Shown here: piece after piece, positions 9,027 through 17,625 of the stretch
Layout: each line of letters starts with the position of its first letter
Numbering within the stretch: the stretch's first letter is position 1
The notes under the pieces: generated by a model
Told to the model about the DNA's origin: nothing
What the model saw: the letters and a program-made list of their open reading frames with translations, nothing else
Database searches by the model: none
Program-made: the position numbers and the translations under genes
Assembly: GCA_964423495.1 (NCBI GenBank)
Contig: CAYRFN010000001.1
Coordinates: forward strand, 17,902-81,901
Direction of reading: 5' to 3'
DNA: 64,000 nt
Origin: an uncultured Desulfobacteraceae bacterium
GTDB taxonomy: Bacteria > Desulfobacterota > DSM-4660 > Desulfatiglandales > Desulfatiglandaceae

Positions 9027-12000
9027 TATAACACAGAAGGTAGCGAAACTATACATTGATACGGGATTTGGTTTTAGCGAGAAACAAGTTATATCCCAAA
9101 CAATAGTTTCTGATGAGACGAGGCTTGAGTTTGATTTAAGTAGTTTTACTTGGATAAAGACGCTTCGCTTTGATCCAATCAATGATTGTTGTGTGTTGCA
9201 CATTAATAGTATTGAAATTGTCATAAGAGATAATTCGTCCTATGAGTTAGGATATTTCCAAACAAATGCGACACATCGAAGAGGCAATACTTTAGTATTT
9301 ATAACCAATCATCCTCAGATATCATTAAATATTTCTGAGAATGCAATTCAAAAGGTTATTATTAATCTTGAATACATTGTTATTGGAGAAGATTCAATCA
9401 ATTATCTTGTGGAATATCAAGATCAGATACAAATGGAGCAAAGGCGGGAAATCAAGTGGCGGGATATCAAAATTAGGGAAGAACTTGAGCATGTTGAACA
9501 TCTTCATGGTATAGTCAAAAAGTATGCTAAGAGTGTCCAAAATCAGATGGAAGATGTTCATAAGAGGGACGAAAGTATTAAAGGTTTGCATAACCGAATT
9601 AAGGAATTGCATGTGCAGTTAGAATCTGAAAAGATCTTTCGTGATGAATTGTTTAACTCAAGATCATGGACTATTACAAAACCATTAATGTGGATTTTTG
9701 TGAATGTTATGAATTTGGAACGCAAAGTTAAAACAGCACTTTATTTTATTTTTAAGAGAGAATGCAAATTGATTGAAGAATCAGGTTTGTTTGATACACA
9801 GTATTATCTTGAAAAATACCATGACGTAAAAAATTCAAATGTCAATCCCCTTGTACATTATGTCAAGATTGGTTTCAGGGAGGGGAGAGATCCAAATCCA
9901 TTATTCGATACGTCATATTACATGGAACAGAATCCTGATGTAGCTGGATCTGGGATTAATCCTCTTGCGCATTATGTTGAGATTGGTTTCAGGGAGGGGA
10001 GAGATCCAAATCCATTATTCGATACGTCATATTACATGGAACAGAATCCTGATGTAGCTGGATCTGGCATGAATCCATTATTGCACTATATGAATATTGG
10101 AGTCAAACAAGAGAGGGATCCATTCCCATTATTTGGTACCTCATATTATATGGAACAGAATCCAGATGTAATAGAAAAAGGAATTGATCCTTTGGTGCAT
10201 TATATGAGTATTGGAGCCAGTCAGAGGAGAGACCCACACCCATTATTTGATTCATTATATTATTTGGAACAGAATCCAGTTATCATAGAATCAGATATAA
10301 ATCCTTTACTGCATTATATTGACATTGGTGCCAGGGAAGGAAGAGACCCCAATCTATTCTTTGATTCATCATATTATCTGCGCCAGAATCCAGATGTAGC
10401 GGAATCAGGCATAAATCCTTTGATACATTATATCAATGATGGAATCAGAGATGGAAGAAGACACCCTAATCCACTGATTGATAATATTCATTATGCTCCA
10501 AAAATAAGTATTATTACACCAGTCTACAATATCGATAAATCATTTCTGCATAAATATTTTCATTCTATTTTGCAACAGACATATGACAATTGGGAACTAT
10601 GCTTAGTTGATGATGGAAGCACAAGAGATGATATAAATCGAATTATAGAAAAATATTCGAGAAAGGATTGCAGGGTAAAGGTAAAATTATTTGAAAAAGA
10701 GCAAGGTGTAGCAAAGGCTTTAAATGGAGCCCTATCCTTAACTACTGGTGAGTTTATAAGTTTCATGGAAATAGGGGATGAACTAAGTAACAATGCGCTT
10801 TATGAAGTTGTGAAGATATTAAATGAGGAAAAGGAAATCGATTTTATTTACAGTGACGATGACGAAATTACAGTTGAAGGTGTTAGTCGTGATCCCTTTT
10901 TTAAACCGGATTGGTCTCCGGATATGCTGCGGAGCTACAATTATATGCGTGGTTTTGTTGTTATTAGAAAAAAGGTTGTAGATAGTGTTGATGGATTTCG
11001 CCCAGGTTACCATGGCTCGGAGGATTATGACCTATTTTTGCGGATTATGGAAAAAACTGAAAAGATCGCACATATTCCCAAGGTGCTTTACCATCGAAGA
11101 TTCGTTGAAGATTTAGCTGAAGAAGGTAAGGTAGAAAAAACTGAGAAGTATGAAAATGACAAAAAGGCTTTGAAAGATCATATTCATAAGATTGGTTTGT
11201 ATGGACAGGTGGTTGATGGTCAGTTAAAGGGGACTTATCATATTAAATATCGTATTAATGGTTTTCCGAAAGTATGCATTATTATCCCGACAAAAGACAG
11301 GGTTGATGTCTTAAGAACATGCATTGGTTCAATATTGCGGCGCAGTTCTTATAACAACTATTCAATTATGATAGTTGATAATAGCAGTGTCGAAAGGGAA
11401 ACATTCGAATATTATAATTCTCTGAAGGATAATCCTAAAATATCTATTTTGGAGTATGATAGGCCCTTTAACTTTTCTGCTATTAATAACTATGCAGTCA
11501 GTAAGGCAAATTCCGAATTTTTAGTTCTTCTAAATAATGATACAGAGGTAATTTCTCCTGATTGGATAGAGGAAATGTTAGGATTTGGGCAAAGAGAAGA
11601 TGTTGGTGCTGTTGGTGCTCTGTTATACTATTCCAATGATACGGTTCAGCATGCTGGCATTATTATCGGGATTAAAGGGGTAGCTGGACATTCACATAAA
11701 TATTATACTAAGGATTCCGGAGGTTATTTTGGTAGGCTAAAGACGGTTCAAAATGTCAGCGCTGTCACCGGCGCTTGTATGATGACCAAGAAATCGATCT
11801 TCGAAGAGATCGGAGGTTTTGATGAGAATATGAGTCATGCCTTTAATGATGTTGATTATTGCCTGAAGATGAGAGAAAAGGGATATTTAGTGATTTATAC
11901 TCCTTATGCAGAGCTTCATCATCATGAGTCTTTAAGCAGGGGTTATGAAGTCATAGAGGAACAAAAGGAAAGATTTGAAAAGGAAATACGATATTTTAAA

Positions 12001-12144
12001 AAGAAGTGGGAAAATGTATTGGATGCAGGAGATCCTTATTACAACCCTAATCTGACTATTGACAGAGAAGATTTCTCCGTGAGGGATGAATTTCAATATG
12101 ATGGGCAAAATGCCGAAAGTAAGCGTTGTTATACCTTGTTATAA
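9016..12144 (+). CDS. Modular glycosyltransferase: R-F-D-P module, coiled coil, 6 x 38-aa repeats and two GT2 domains
   Basis: The long ORF is open from 8899. Homology to the downstream paralog begins exactly after the upstream stop codon. Candidate starts are GTG 9016 (11-nt overlap, preferred), ATG 8965 and TTG 8899. GT2 motifs are ISIITPVYN...LVDDGS and CIIIPTKD...LNNDTE. Confidence 0.75.
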   Translation: MYHSITQKVAKLYIDTGFGFSEKQVISQTIVSDETRLEFDLSSFTWIKTLRFDPINDCCVLHINSIEIVIRDNSSYELGYFQTNATHRRGNTLVFITNHPQISLNISENAIQKVIINLEYIVIGEDSINYLVEYQDQIQMEQRREIKWRDIKIREELEHVEHLHGIVKKYAKSVQNQMEDVHKRDESIKGLHNRIKELHVQLESEKIFRDELFNSRSWTITKPLMWIFVNVMNLERKVKTALYFIFKRECKLIEESGLFDTQYYLEKYHDVKNSNVNPLVHYVKIGFREGRDPNPLFDTSYYMEQNPDVAGSGINPLAHYVEIGFREGRDPNPLFDTSYYMEQNPDVAGSGMNPLLHYMNIGVKQERDPFPLFGTSYYMEQNPDVIEKGIDPLVHYMSIGASQRRDPHPLFDSLYYLEQNPVIIESDINPLLHYIDIGAREGRDPNLFFDSSYYLRQNPDVAESGINPLIHYINDGIRDGRRHPNPLIDNIHYAPKISIITPVYNIDKSFLHKYFHSILQQTYDNWELCLVDDGSTRDDINRIIEKYSRKDCRVKVKLFEKEQGVAKALNGALSLTTGEFISFMEIGDELSNNALYEVVKILNEEKEIDFIYSDDDEITVEGVSRDPFFKPDWSPDMLRSYNYMRGFVVIRKKVVDSVDGFRPGYHGSEDYDLFLRIMEKTEKIAHIPKVLYHRRFVEDLAEEGKVEKTEKYENDKKALKDHIHKIGLYGQVVDGQLKGTYHIKYRINGFPKVCIIIPTKDRVDVLRTCIGSILRRSSYNNYSIMIVDNSSVERETFEYYNSLKDNPKISILEYDRPFNFSAINNYAVSKANSEFLVLLNNDTEVISPDWIEEMLGFGQREDVGAVGALLYYSNDTVQHAGIIIGIKGVAGHSHKYYTKDSGGYFGRLKTVQNVSAVTGACMMTKKSIFEEIGGFDENMSHAFNDVDYCLKMREKGYLVIYTPYAELHHHESLSRGYEVIEEQKERFEKEIRYFKKKWENVLDAGDPYYNPNLTIDREDFSVRDEFQYDGQNAESKRCYTLL
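9790..10476 (+). repeat. Coding array of six 38-aa (114-bp) repeats, consensus FDTSYYxxQNPDVxxSGxNPLxHYxxIGxREGRDPNPL
   Basis: Six consecutive in-frame units can be read from the translation. 9867-9953 is identical to 9981-10067 (87 bp). Confidence 0.95.
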
Positions 12145-15100
12145 CCAAGGGAAATATCTCGACGAAACCGTTGAATCGGTTTTGAATCAAATCTACCAGG
12201 ATTTCGAGATTATCATTGTGGATGATGGTTCGACAGAAGATTTTACAAAAAAGTTATTGCACAATTACCAAAAACCGAAAACGAGAGTTATTCACACTGA
12301 TAATCAGGGCTTGGCCTCAGCGAGGAACAGAGGCATTAAAGAAGCAAAGGGAGAGTATATTTTACCTCTGGATTCTGATGACAAAATCGGAAAGGAATAT
12401 TTGGAAGAAGCAGTCAAAATCTTAGCTGAATATCCGGACATAGGTATTGTTTACTGCGAAGCAGTTCATTTCGGGTCAAAAGATGGAATATTGGTTTTGC
12501 CTAAATATTCATTAGAAACATTATTGATAGGTAATATTATATTTGCTTCCGCATTCTTTAGGAAAGAACATTGGGAGAAGGTAGGTGGATATAATATTAA
12601 CATGGTATACGGATGGGAAGACTGGGATTTTTGGCTTTCATTAATTGAGCTTGGGTTGAAGGTGTATCGAATTCCAAAGATATTATTTTATTATAGAATT
12701 ACTGAAACTTCTATGCGTAATAAAATGACAGAAAACGAGCAGTTTTTTATGAGGCTTCATGCATATATTAATCACAAGAAATTATATAAAAATATTGCTG
12801 AACTCAATATTGTACATAAAGTTGCACGACTCTATATTGATACAGGGTTTGGATTTAACGAAAAACAGGCTGTATCACAAATAATAATTGGCGATGAGAA
12901 AAGACTCGAATTTGATTTAAATGATTTCAGTAATATAAGGAAAATTCGCTTTGATCCAATCAATGATTATTGTGTATTACACATTAATAATATTTCAATT
13001 GTCAGGGATGATAATTCTTCTTATGAATTAGATGATTATGAAAGTAATGCTTTTCACCAGGAAGACGGAAATTTTATATTCGCAACTAATGATCCTCAGA
13101 TTCATCTGGATTTCCCCAAAGATAAAATAAAAAAGATCATAGTTAACCTGAAATACGTTGCTATTGGGAAAGAATCATTCAGCTATCTATTGAAATATAA
13201 AGATGAATCTCTAATGGAGCAATCCCAACAGATGAAGGCGAATGAGGAAATGATTAACAAATTACGCAGTCGAATTGACTCTCTGCAAATGCGATTAGAT
13301 ATTGAAAAGCTTTCCTATGATGCTATATTGAAATCAAGATCATGGAAACTCACAGCACCAATAAGATGGATGACCATGGCTGATAAGAGTTTGAAAAGAA
13401 AATTGAAAACAGCAATTTATTTTATTTTTAACCGGGAATACAGGTTAATTGAAAAATCAGGTTTATTCGATACAGAATATTATCTTAGTCATTACCTTGA
13501 CGTTAAGAAATTAAAGGCGAACCCTTTGGTACATTATGTTGCATCAGGTGCCAAGGAAAAGAGAGATCCTAACCCATTATTTGATACATCTTATTATCTG
13601 GATGAGAATCCTGATGTTGTTGAATCAGGGATGAATCCTCTTGCACATTACATTGAGATTGGTTTTAAGGAAGGGAGAGATCCCAACCCATTATTTGATA
13701 CTTCATATTATATGGACCAGAATCCAGACATAGAAGAATTAGGCATTAATCCTTTGCTACATTATCTCAGTATTGGTTTCAGAGAGGGGAGAGATCCTAA
13801 CCCTTTGTTTGATACATCTTATTATCTGGATGAGAATCCTGATATTGCTGAATCAGAAGTGAATCCTTTGGCACATTATATGAAAATTGGTTTTAGAGAT
13901 GGAATAAATCCCAACCCATTCTTTAATACCTCATACTATTTAGACCGCAATCGAGATGTGGCAAGATCAAAGATGAATCCTTTGGCACATTATTTGTGGG
14001 TTGGTGCCAAAGAAGGAAGGCGACCTAACCAGCTGGATACACTAAAAATAAGCATTATCACTCCGGTTTACAATATTGATGAACTTTTTTTGGAAAAATG
14101 TATTCGTTCGGTTTTGAACCAAATATATGACAATTGGGAGTTATGTTTGATTGATGACGGGAGTACTAAATCTCACATAAAAGGCATTTTGGAAAAATAT
14201 ACAGAGGAAGATCCTAGAATTAAAATTAGGTTTTTAAAAGAAAATAGAGGAGTATCAGAGGCTTTGAATGAGGGCGTTTCCTTGGTGAAGGGTCAATATA
14301 TTGGATTTTTGGACCATGATGATGAACTGACAAATGAGGCTTTGTATGAAGTCTTCAAAGCAATAGATGAATATTCACCTGATGTCCTCTATTCTGATGA
14401 AGCTATAATAGATAGTAGAGGGAAGACTATCGCAGCCCATTTTAAACCTGATTTTTCAACCGATTTATTATTATCACACAACTATATTACTCATATGTTA
14501 GTAATTAATAAATCATTATTTAATGAAATTGGAGGTTTCAATTCAAAATATGATGGTGCACAGGATTATGACTTAATCTTAAAGCTTGTTGAAAAAAGCG
14601 ATAAAATATACCATATTCCTAAAGTTTTGTATCGTTGGCGAAAGATACCTACATCAATAAGAGTAAACCCTGAATCAAAATATGATCCTGATAATGCAGG
14701 TAAGATAGCACTGGAAGCAGCATTGAATAGAAGAAAAATAAAGGGCAAGGTTTTGCATGGTTACAGTAAATTTTATTATCATGTTAAGAGAGATCTTTTC
14801 AATCAACCTTTAATTAGCATAATTATTCCTTTTAGAGATGGATCTGAATTTCTTAAGAAATGTATTGAAAGTATTTTGTCTAAAACTGACTATCAAGACA
14901 TTGAAATTATTGGCATTGATAACAATAGTAAAGAAAGAGAAACATATGACGTAATAAGTAATTTGAGAGAAGCAGATAAGCGTTTCGCATGTTATCAATA
15001 TAATATCCCCTTCAATTTTTCAAAGATAAATAACTATGGTGCTGATTTAGCGAAAGGTGAACATATTTTGTTTATGAATAGTGATATTGAGGTCATAAAT

Positions 15101-15658
15101 TCCGATTGGATTGAATATATGCTTGAACATTCGCAAAGAGAAGATGTCGGTGTTGTTGGTCCAGTGCTTTATTATCCAGACAATACAGTTCAACATGCAG
15201 GTGTCATAATAGGCCTTGGTGGTGTAGCTGCACATTCGCATCGATATATGCCTCGAGATTCTGGAGGTCATTTTGGAAGGTTAAAGACAATTCAAAATCT
15301 TAGCGCTGTAACTGGGGCTTGTATGATGACAAAGAAATCAATATTCAAAGAACTTGGTGGTTTTGATGAGTATTTGACTCATGCCTACAATGATATAGAT
15401 TATTGTTTGAGGGTTAGAGAAAAAGGATATTTGATTGTTTTTACGCCTTATGCAGAACTTTATCATCATGAATCCATAAGCAGGGGCTATGAGAATAATC
15501 TTGTAAAAAGAGCAAGACTTGAAAAAGAAAAAGAATATTTTAGAAACCGGTGGCAAGCTATAATTGCTAATGGTGACCCTTATTATAATCCCAATCTAAC
15601 TCTTGATAAAGAAGATTTTTCTCCCCGTGAATTGAAAAAACCTTTTTCTCACGCTTGA
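12086..15658 (+). CDS. Modular glycosyltransferase with three GT2 domains, an R-F-D-P module, a coiled coil and 5 x 38-aa repeats
   Basis: 1190-aa ORF. GT2 number 1 is VSVVIPCYNQ...IIVDDGS...PLDSDD. This is followed by VARLYIDTGFGF...IRFDP, SRSWKLTAPIRW and the repeats. GT2 numbers 2 and 3 are ISIITPVYN and ISIIIPFRD...MNSDIE. Alternative starts are 12098, 12101 and 12110. The gene overlaps the upstream stop at 12144. Confidence 0.8.
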   Translation: MNFNMMGKMPKVSVVIPCYNQGKYLDETVESVLNQIYQDFEIIIVDDGSTEDFTKKLLHNYQKPKTRVIHTDNQGLASARNRGIKEAKGEYILPLDSDDKIGKEYLEEAVKILAEYPDIGIVYCEAVHFGSKDGILVLPKYSLETLLIGNIIFASAFFRKEHWEKVGGYNINMVYGWEDWDFWLSLIELGLKVYRIPKILFYYRITETSMRNKMTENEQFFMRLHAYINHKKLYKNIAELNIVHKVARLYIDTGFGFNEKQAVSQIIIGDEKRLEFDLNDFSNIRKIRFDPINDYCVLHINNISIVRDDNSSYELDDYESNAFHQEDGNFIFATNDPQIHLDFPKDKIKKIIVNLKYVAIGKESFSYLLKYKDESLMEQSQQMKANEEMINKLRSRIDSLQMRLDIEKLSYDAILKSRSWKLTAPIRWMTMADKSLKRKLKTAIYFIFNREYRLIEKSGLFDTEYYLSHYLDVKKLKANPLVHYVASGAKEKRDPNPLFDTSYYLDENPDVVESGMNPLAHYIEIGFKEGRDPNPLFDTSYYMDQNPDIEELGINPLLHYLSIGFREGRDPNPLFDTSYYLDENPDIAESEVNPLAHYMKIGFRDGINPNPFFNTSYYLDRNRDVARSKMNPLAHYLWVGAKEGRRPNQLDTLKISIITPVYNIDELFLEKCIRSVLNQIYDNWELCLIDDGSTKSHIKGILEKYTEEDPRIKIRFLKENRGVSEALNEGVSLVKGQYIGFLDHDDELTNEALYEVFKAIDEYSPDVLYSDEAIIDSRGKTIAAHFKPDFSTDLLLSHNYITHMLVINKSLFNEIGGFNSKYDGAQDYDLILKLVEKSDKIYHIPKVLYRWRKIPTSIRVNPESKYDPDNAGKIALEAALNRRKIKGKVLHGYSKFYYHVKRDLFNQPLISIIIPFRDGSEFLKKCIESILSKTDYQDIEIIGIDNNSKERETYDVISNLREADKRFACYQYNIPFNFSKINNYGADLAKGEHILFMNSDIEVINSDWIEYMLEHSQREDVGVVGPVLYYPDNTVQHAGVIIGLGGVAAHSHRYMPRDSGGHFGRLKTIQNLSAVTGACMMTKKSIFKELGGFDEYLTHAYNDIDYCLRVREKGYLIVFTPYAELYHHESISRGYENNLVKRARLEKEKEYFRNRWQAIIANGDPYYNPNLTLDKEDFSPRELKKPFSHA
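13466..14035 (+). repeat. Coding array of five 38-aa repeats of the same family as 9790-10476
   Basis: The FDTEYYLSHYLDV... through ...AKEGRRPNQL units are read in frame. Confidence 0.9.
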
Positions 15659-15786
15659 CAATTTTTCCCTTCAAAGAAGTATCCATTTCGAATAAGAAAT
15701 ATTCATATCACAATAGGTTTTATATCGGTGGCCTTACAGTTGTTGAGCATAAAGCAGGCTGAATTTTTTGCAAAATAATTTTTTTT

Positions 15787-15814
15787 GTCATTGCGAAAGA
15801 AACGAAGCAATTTC
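15787..15814 (+). repeat. Short hairpin repeat GTCATTGCGA-N-CGAAGCAAT (member of a family with three copies in this window)
   Basis: In gtcattgcgaaagaaacgaagcaatttc, the arms attgc and gcaat pair. It translates as the artefactual 'CHCERNEAIS' at the front of the 15768 ORF. Confidence 0.7.
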
Positions 15815-15848
15815 TAACCTTAGGAAAAATTTGAGCGGTAATAATAGA

Positions 15849-17621
15849 ATGAGTAGTTTGATTAAAAGGGCATTGCTGACAATTAATAGTGAAGGTTTTG
15901 GAACTTTTATTTTTAAGGTGTGGGGCTATTTGAGAGGTGTTGAAAAGGGATACGTAAGATGGATTGAAAAAAATAAATTAACAGAAGAAAGTTCAGAACA
16001 AATAAAGAAAGAAGTCGCGGGGTTCAAATATAGACCTAAGATAAGCATTATTATGCCGGTATATAACGTAGAACAGATATGGCTGGAGAAGGCTATTAGT
16101 TCAGTATTGAATCAAATTTATTATAACTGGGAATTATGCATTTCTGATGATGGATCGACTAAAAAGTATTTAAAAGATTTGTTGAGGAAATATTCAACAA
16201 AGGATAAAAGAATTAGGGTTAACTATTTACCATTTAACAAAGGCATAGTAGGCGCTTCCAATGAAGCACTATCATTAGCTACCGGAGAGTTTATTGGATT
16301 GTTAGACAATGATGATGAACTGAGTGAGGATGCACTTTATGAGATTGTAAAGGTACTAAATGAGAAAAGAGAAACAGATTTTATTTATAGTGATGAGGAT
16401 AAAATTAGTGAGAAAGGTATCAGGCATACCCCGTTTTTCAAACCAGATTGGTCTCCGGATACATTGCGAAGTTGCAATTATATCACTCATTTTGCGGTAA
16501 TAAGGAGAGATATTGTTCAGGATTTAGGAGAATTTCGTGAAGGGTATGAAGGGTCCCAAGATTATGACTTATTTCTGCGTGTGGTTGAAAAAACAGAAAA
16601 TATTGTGCATATTCCCAAGGTGCTTTACCATTGGAGGTGTATTGAAGGTTCGGCTGCTAAAGACAGTGAAGCAAAGTTGTATGCCTATGATAGCGCAAAA
16701 AAGGCCTTATTAGATCACATTAAAAGGCTTGAATTAGATGGAGAAGTGCTTGATGGTGAGATGATCGGTACGTATCGTGTCAAATATAATACTAATAGTT
16801 GCCCAGAAATATGTATTTTGATTCATAATAAAGATGACATCAAAATATTGAAGAGATGTATAAATTCAATTTACCGACTATCTTCTTATAAGAACTATTC
16901 GATTGTTGTGATTGATACAGGTAGTGTTGAATCAGATACTTGGAGATATTATGCTAATATTACCGAATCTGGGGAAGTATCTGTCGTTGAATGTGAGAAA
17001 GAAAATAAAAGGCATGTAATTAATGACCATATTACTAAGATAGACTCAGAATATATTGTATTTCTGGATAATGATATAGAAATAATTTCTCATGATTGGT
17101 TATATACAATGCTTGAATTTGCACAAAGGGATGATATTGGTGTTGTAGGTGCATTATTATACTACCCAAATAATAAAATTCATCATGCTGGTCTGATTGT
17201 GGAACATGGGGATATGAAAATATTTTGTCCTAAATATATAAGAAAGGATTCACATGGCTATTTTCGCAGGATGAAAATAATTCAGAACCTCAGTGCCGTG
17301 TCCTCAGTGTGTATGATGACCAAGAAGGCTATTTTTGAAGAGGTTGGCGGATTTGATGAATACTTTAGCCCTGCATATAGTGATATTGATTATTGTTTAA
17401 AGATTAGAGAAAAAGGATACCTAGTTGTATACACTCCTTATTCTGAGCTTTACCATCATGAATCAAAAAATATGGTCCATAAGAATAATTCTGAAAAGAA
17501 GAAGAGATTAAAAAATGAGCAAGAAATAATTTATGGAAAGTGGAAGCACTTAATGAATAATGGAGACCCATATTTTAACCCCAATCTGAAATTTTATGGG
17601 GAAGATATTGCTATTAGGTGA
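15849..17621 (+). CDS. Dual-domain family 2 glycosyltransferase (third tandem paralog, lacking the repeat and R-F-D-P modules)
   Basis: ISIIMPVYN...CISDDGS...LDNDDE and a second GT2-like domain (FLDNDIE). ATG 15849 is chosen because the TTG 15768 extension is built from the hairpin repeat. Confidence 0.8.
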   Translation: MSSLIKRALLTINSEGFGTFIFKVWGYLRGVEKGYVRWIEKNKLTEESSEQIKKEVAGFKYRPKISIIMPVYNVEQIWLEKAISSVLNQIYYNWELCISDDGSTKKYLKDLLRKYSTKDKRIRVNYLPFNKGIVGASNEALSLATGEFIGLLDNDDELSEDALYEIVKVLNEKRETDFIYSDEDKISEKGIRHTPFFKPDWSPDTLRSCNYITHFAVIRRDIVQDLGEFREGYEGSQDYDLFLRVVEKTENIVHIPKVLYHWRCIEGSAAKDSEAKLYAYDSAKKALLDHIKRLELDGEVLDGEMIGTYRVKYNTNSCPEICILIHNKDDIKILKRCINSIYRLSSYKNYSIVVIDTGSVESDTWRYYANITESGEVSVVECEKENKRHVINDHITKIDSEYIVFLDNDIEIISHDWLYTMLEFAQRDDIGVVGALLYYPNNKIHHAGLIVEHGDMKIFCPKYIRKDSHGYFRRMKIIQNLSAVSSVCMMTKKAIFEEVGGFDEYFSPAYSDIDYCLKIREKGYLVVYTPYSELYHHESKNMVHKNNSEKKKRLKNEQEIIYGKWKHLMNNGDPYFNPNLKFYGEDIAIR

Positions 17622-17625
17622 GTGA

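Noticed and set aside
9790-10476. The regular 114-bp periodic repeats could be mistaken for a CRISPR-like array or a minisatellite.
   Set aside because: The repeats are contiguous with no spacers, they are in frame, and they encode a conserved 38-aa protein repeat within a long ORF.
15768-15848. A TTG-initiated N-terminal extension of the third GT2 paralog, with the analogous GTG 31050 extension of the GH28-like gene.
   Set aside because: The extensions consist of the GTCATTGCGA hairpin repeat. Downstream ATGs (15849 and 31107) give N-termini typical of the respective families.
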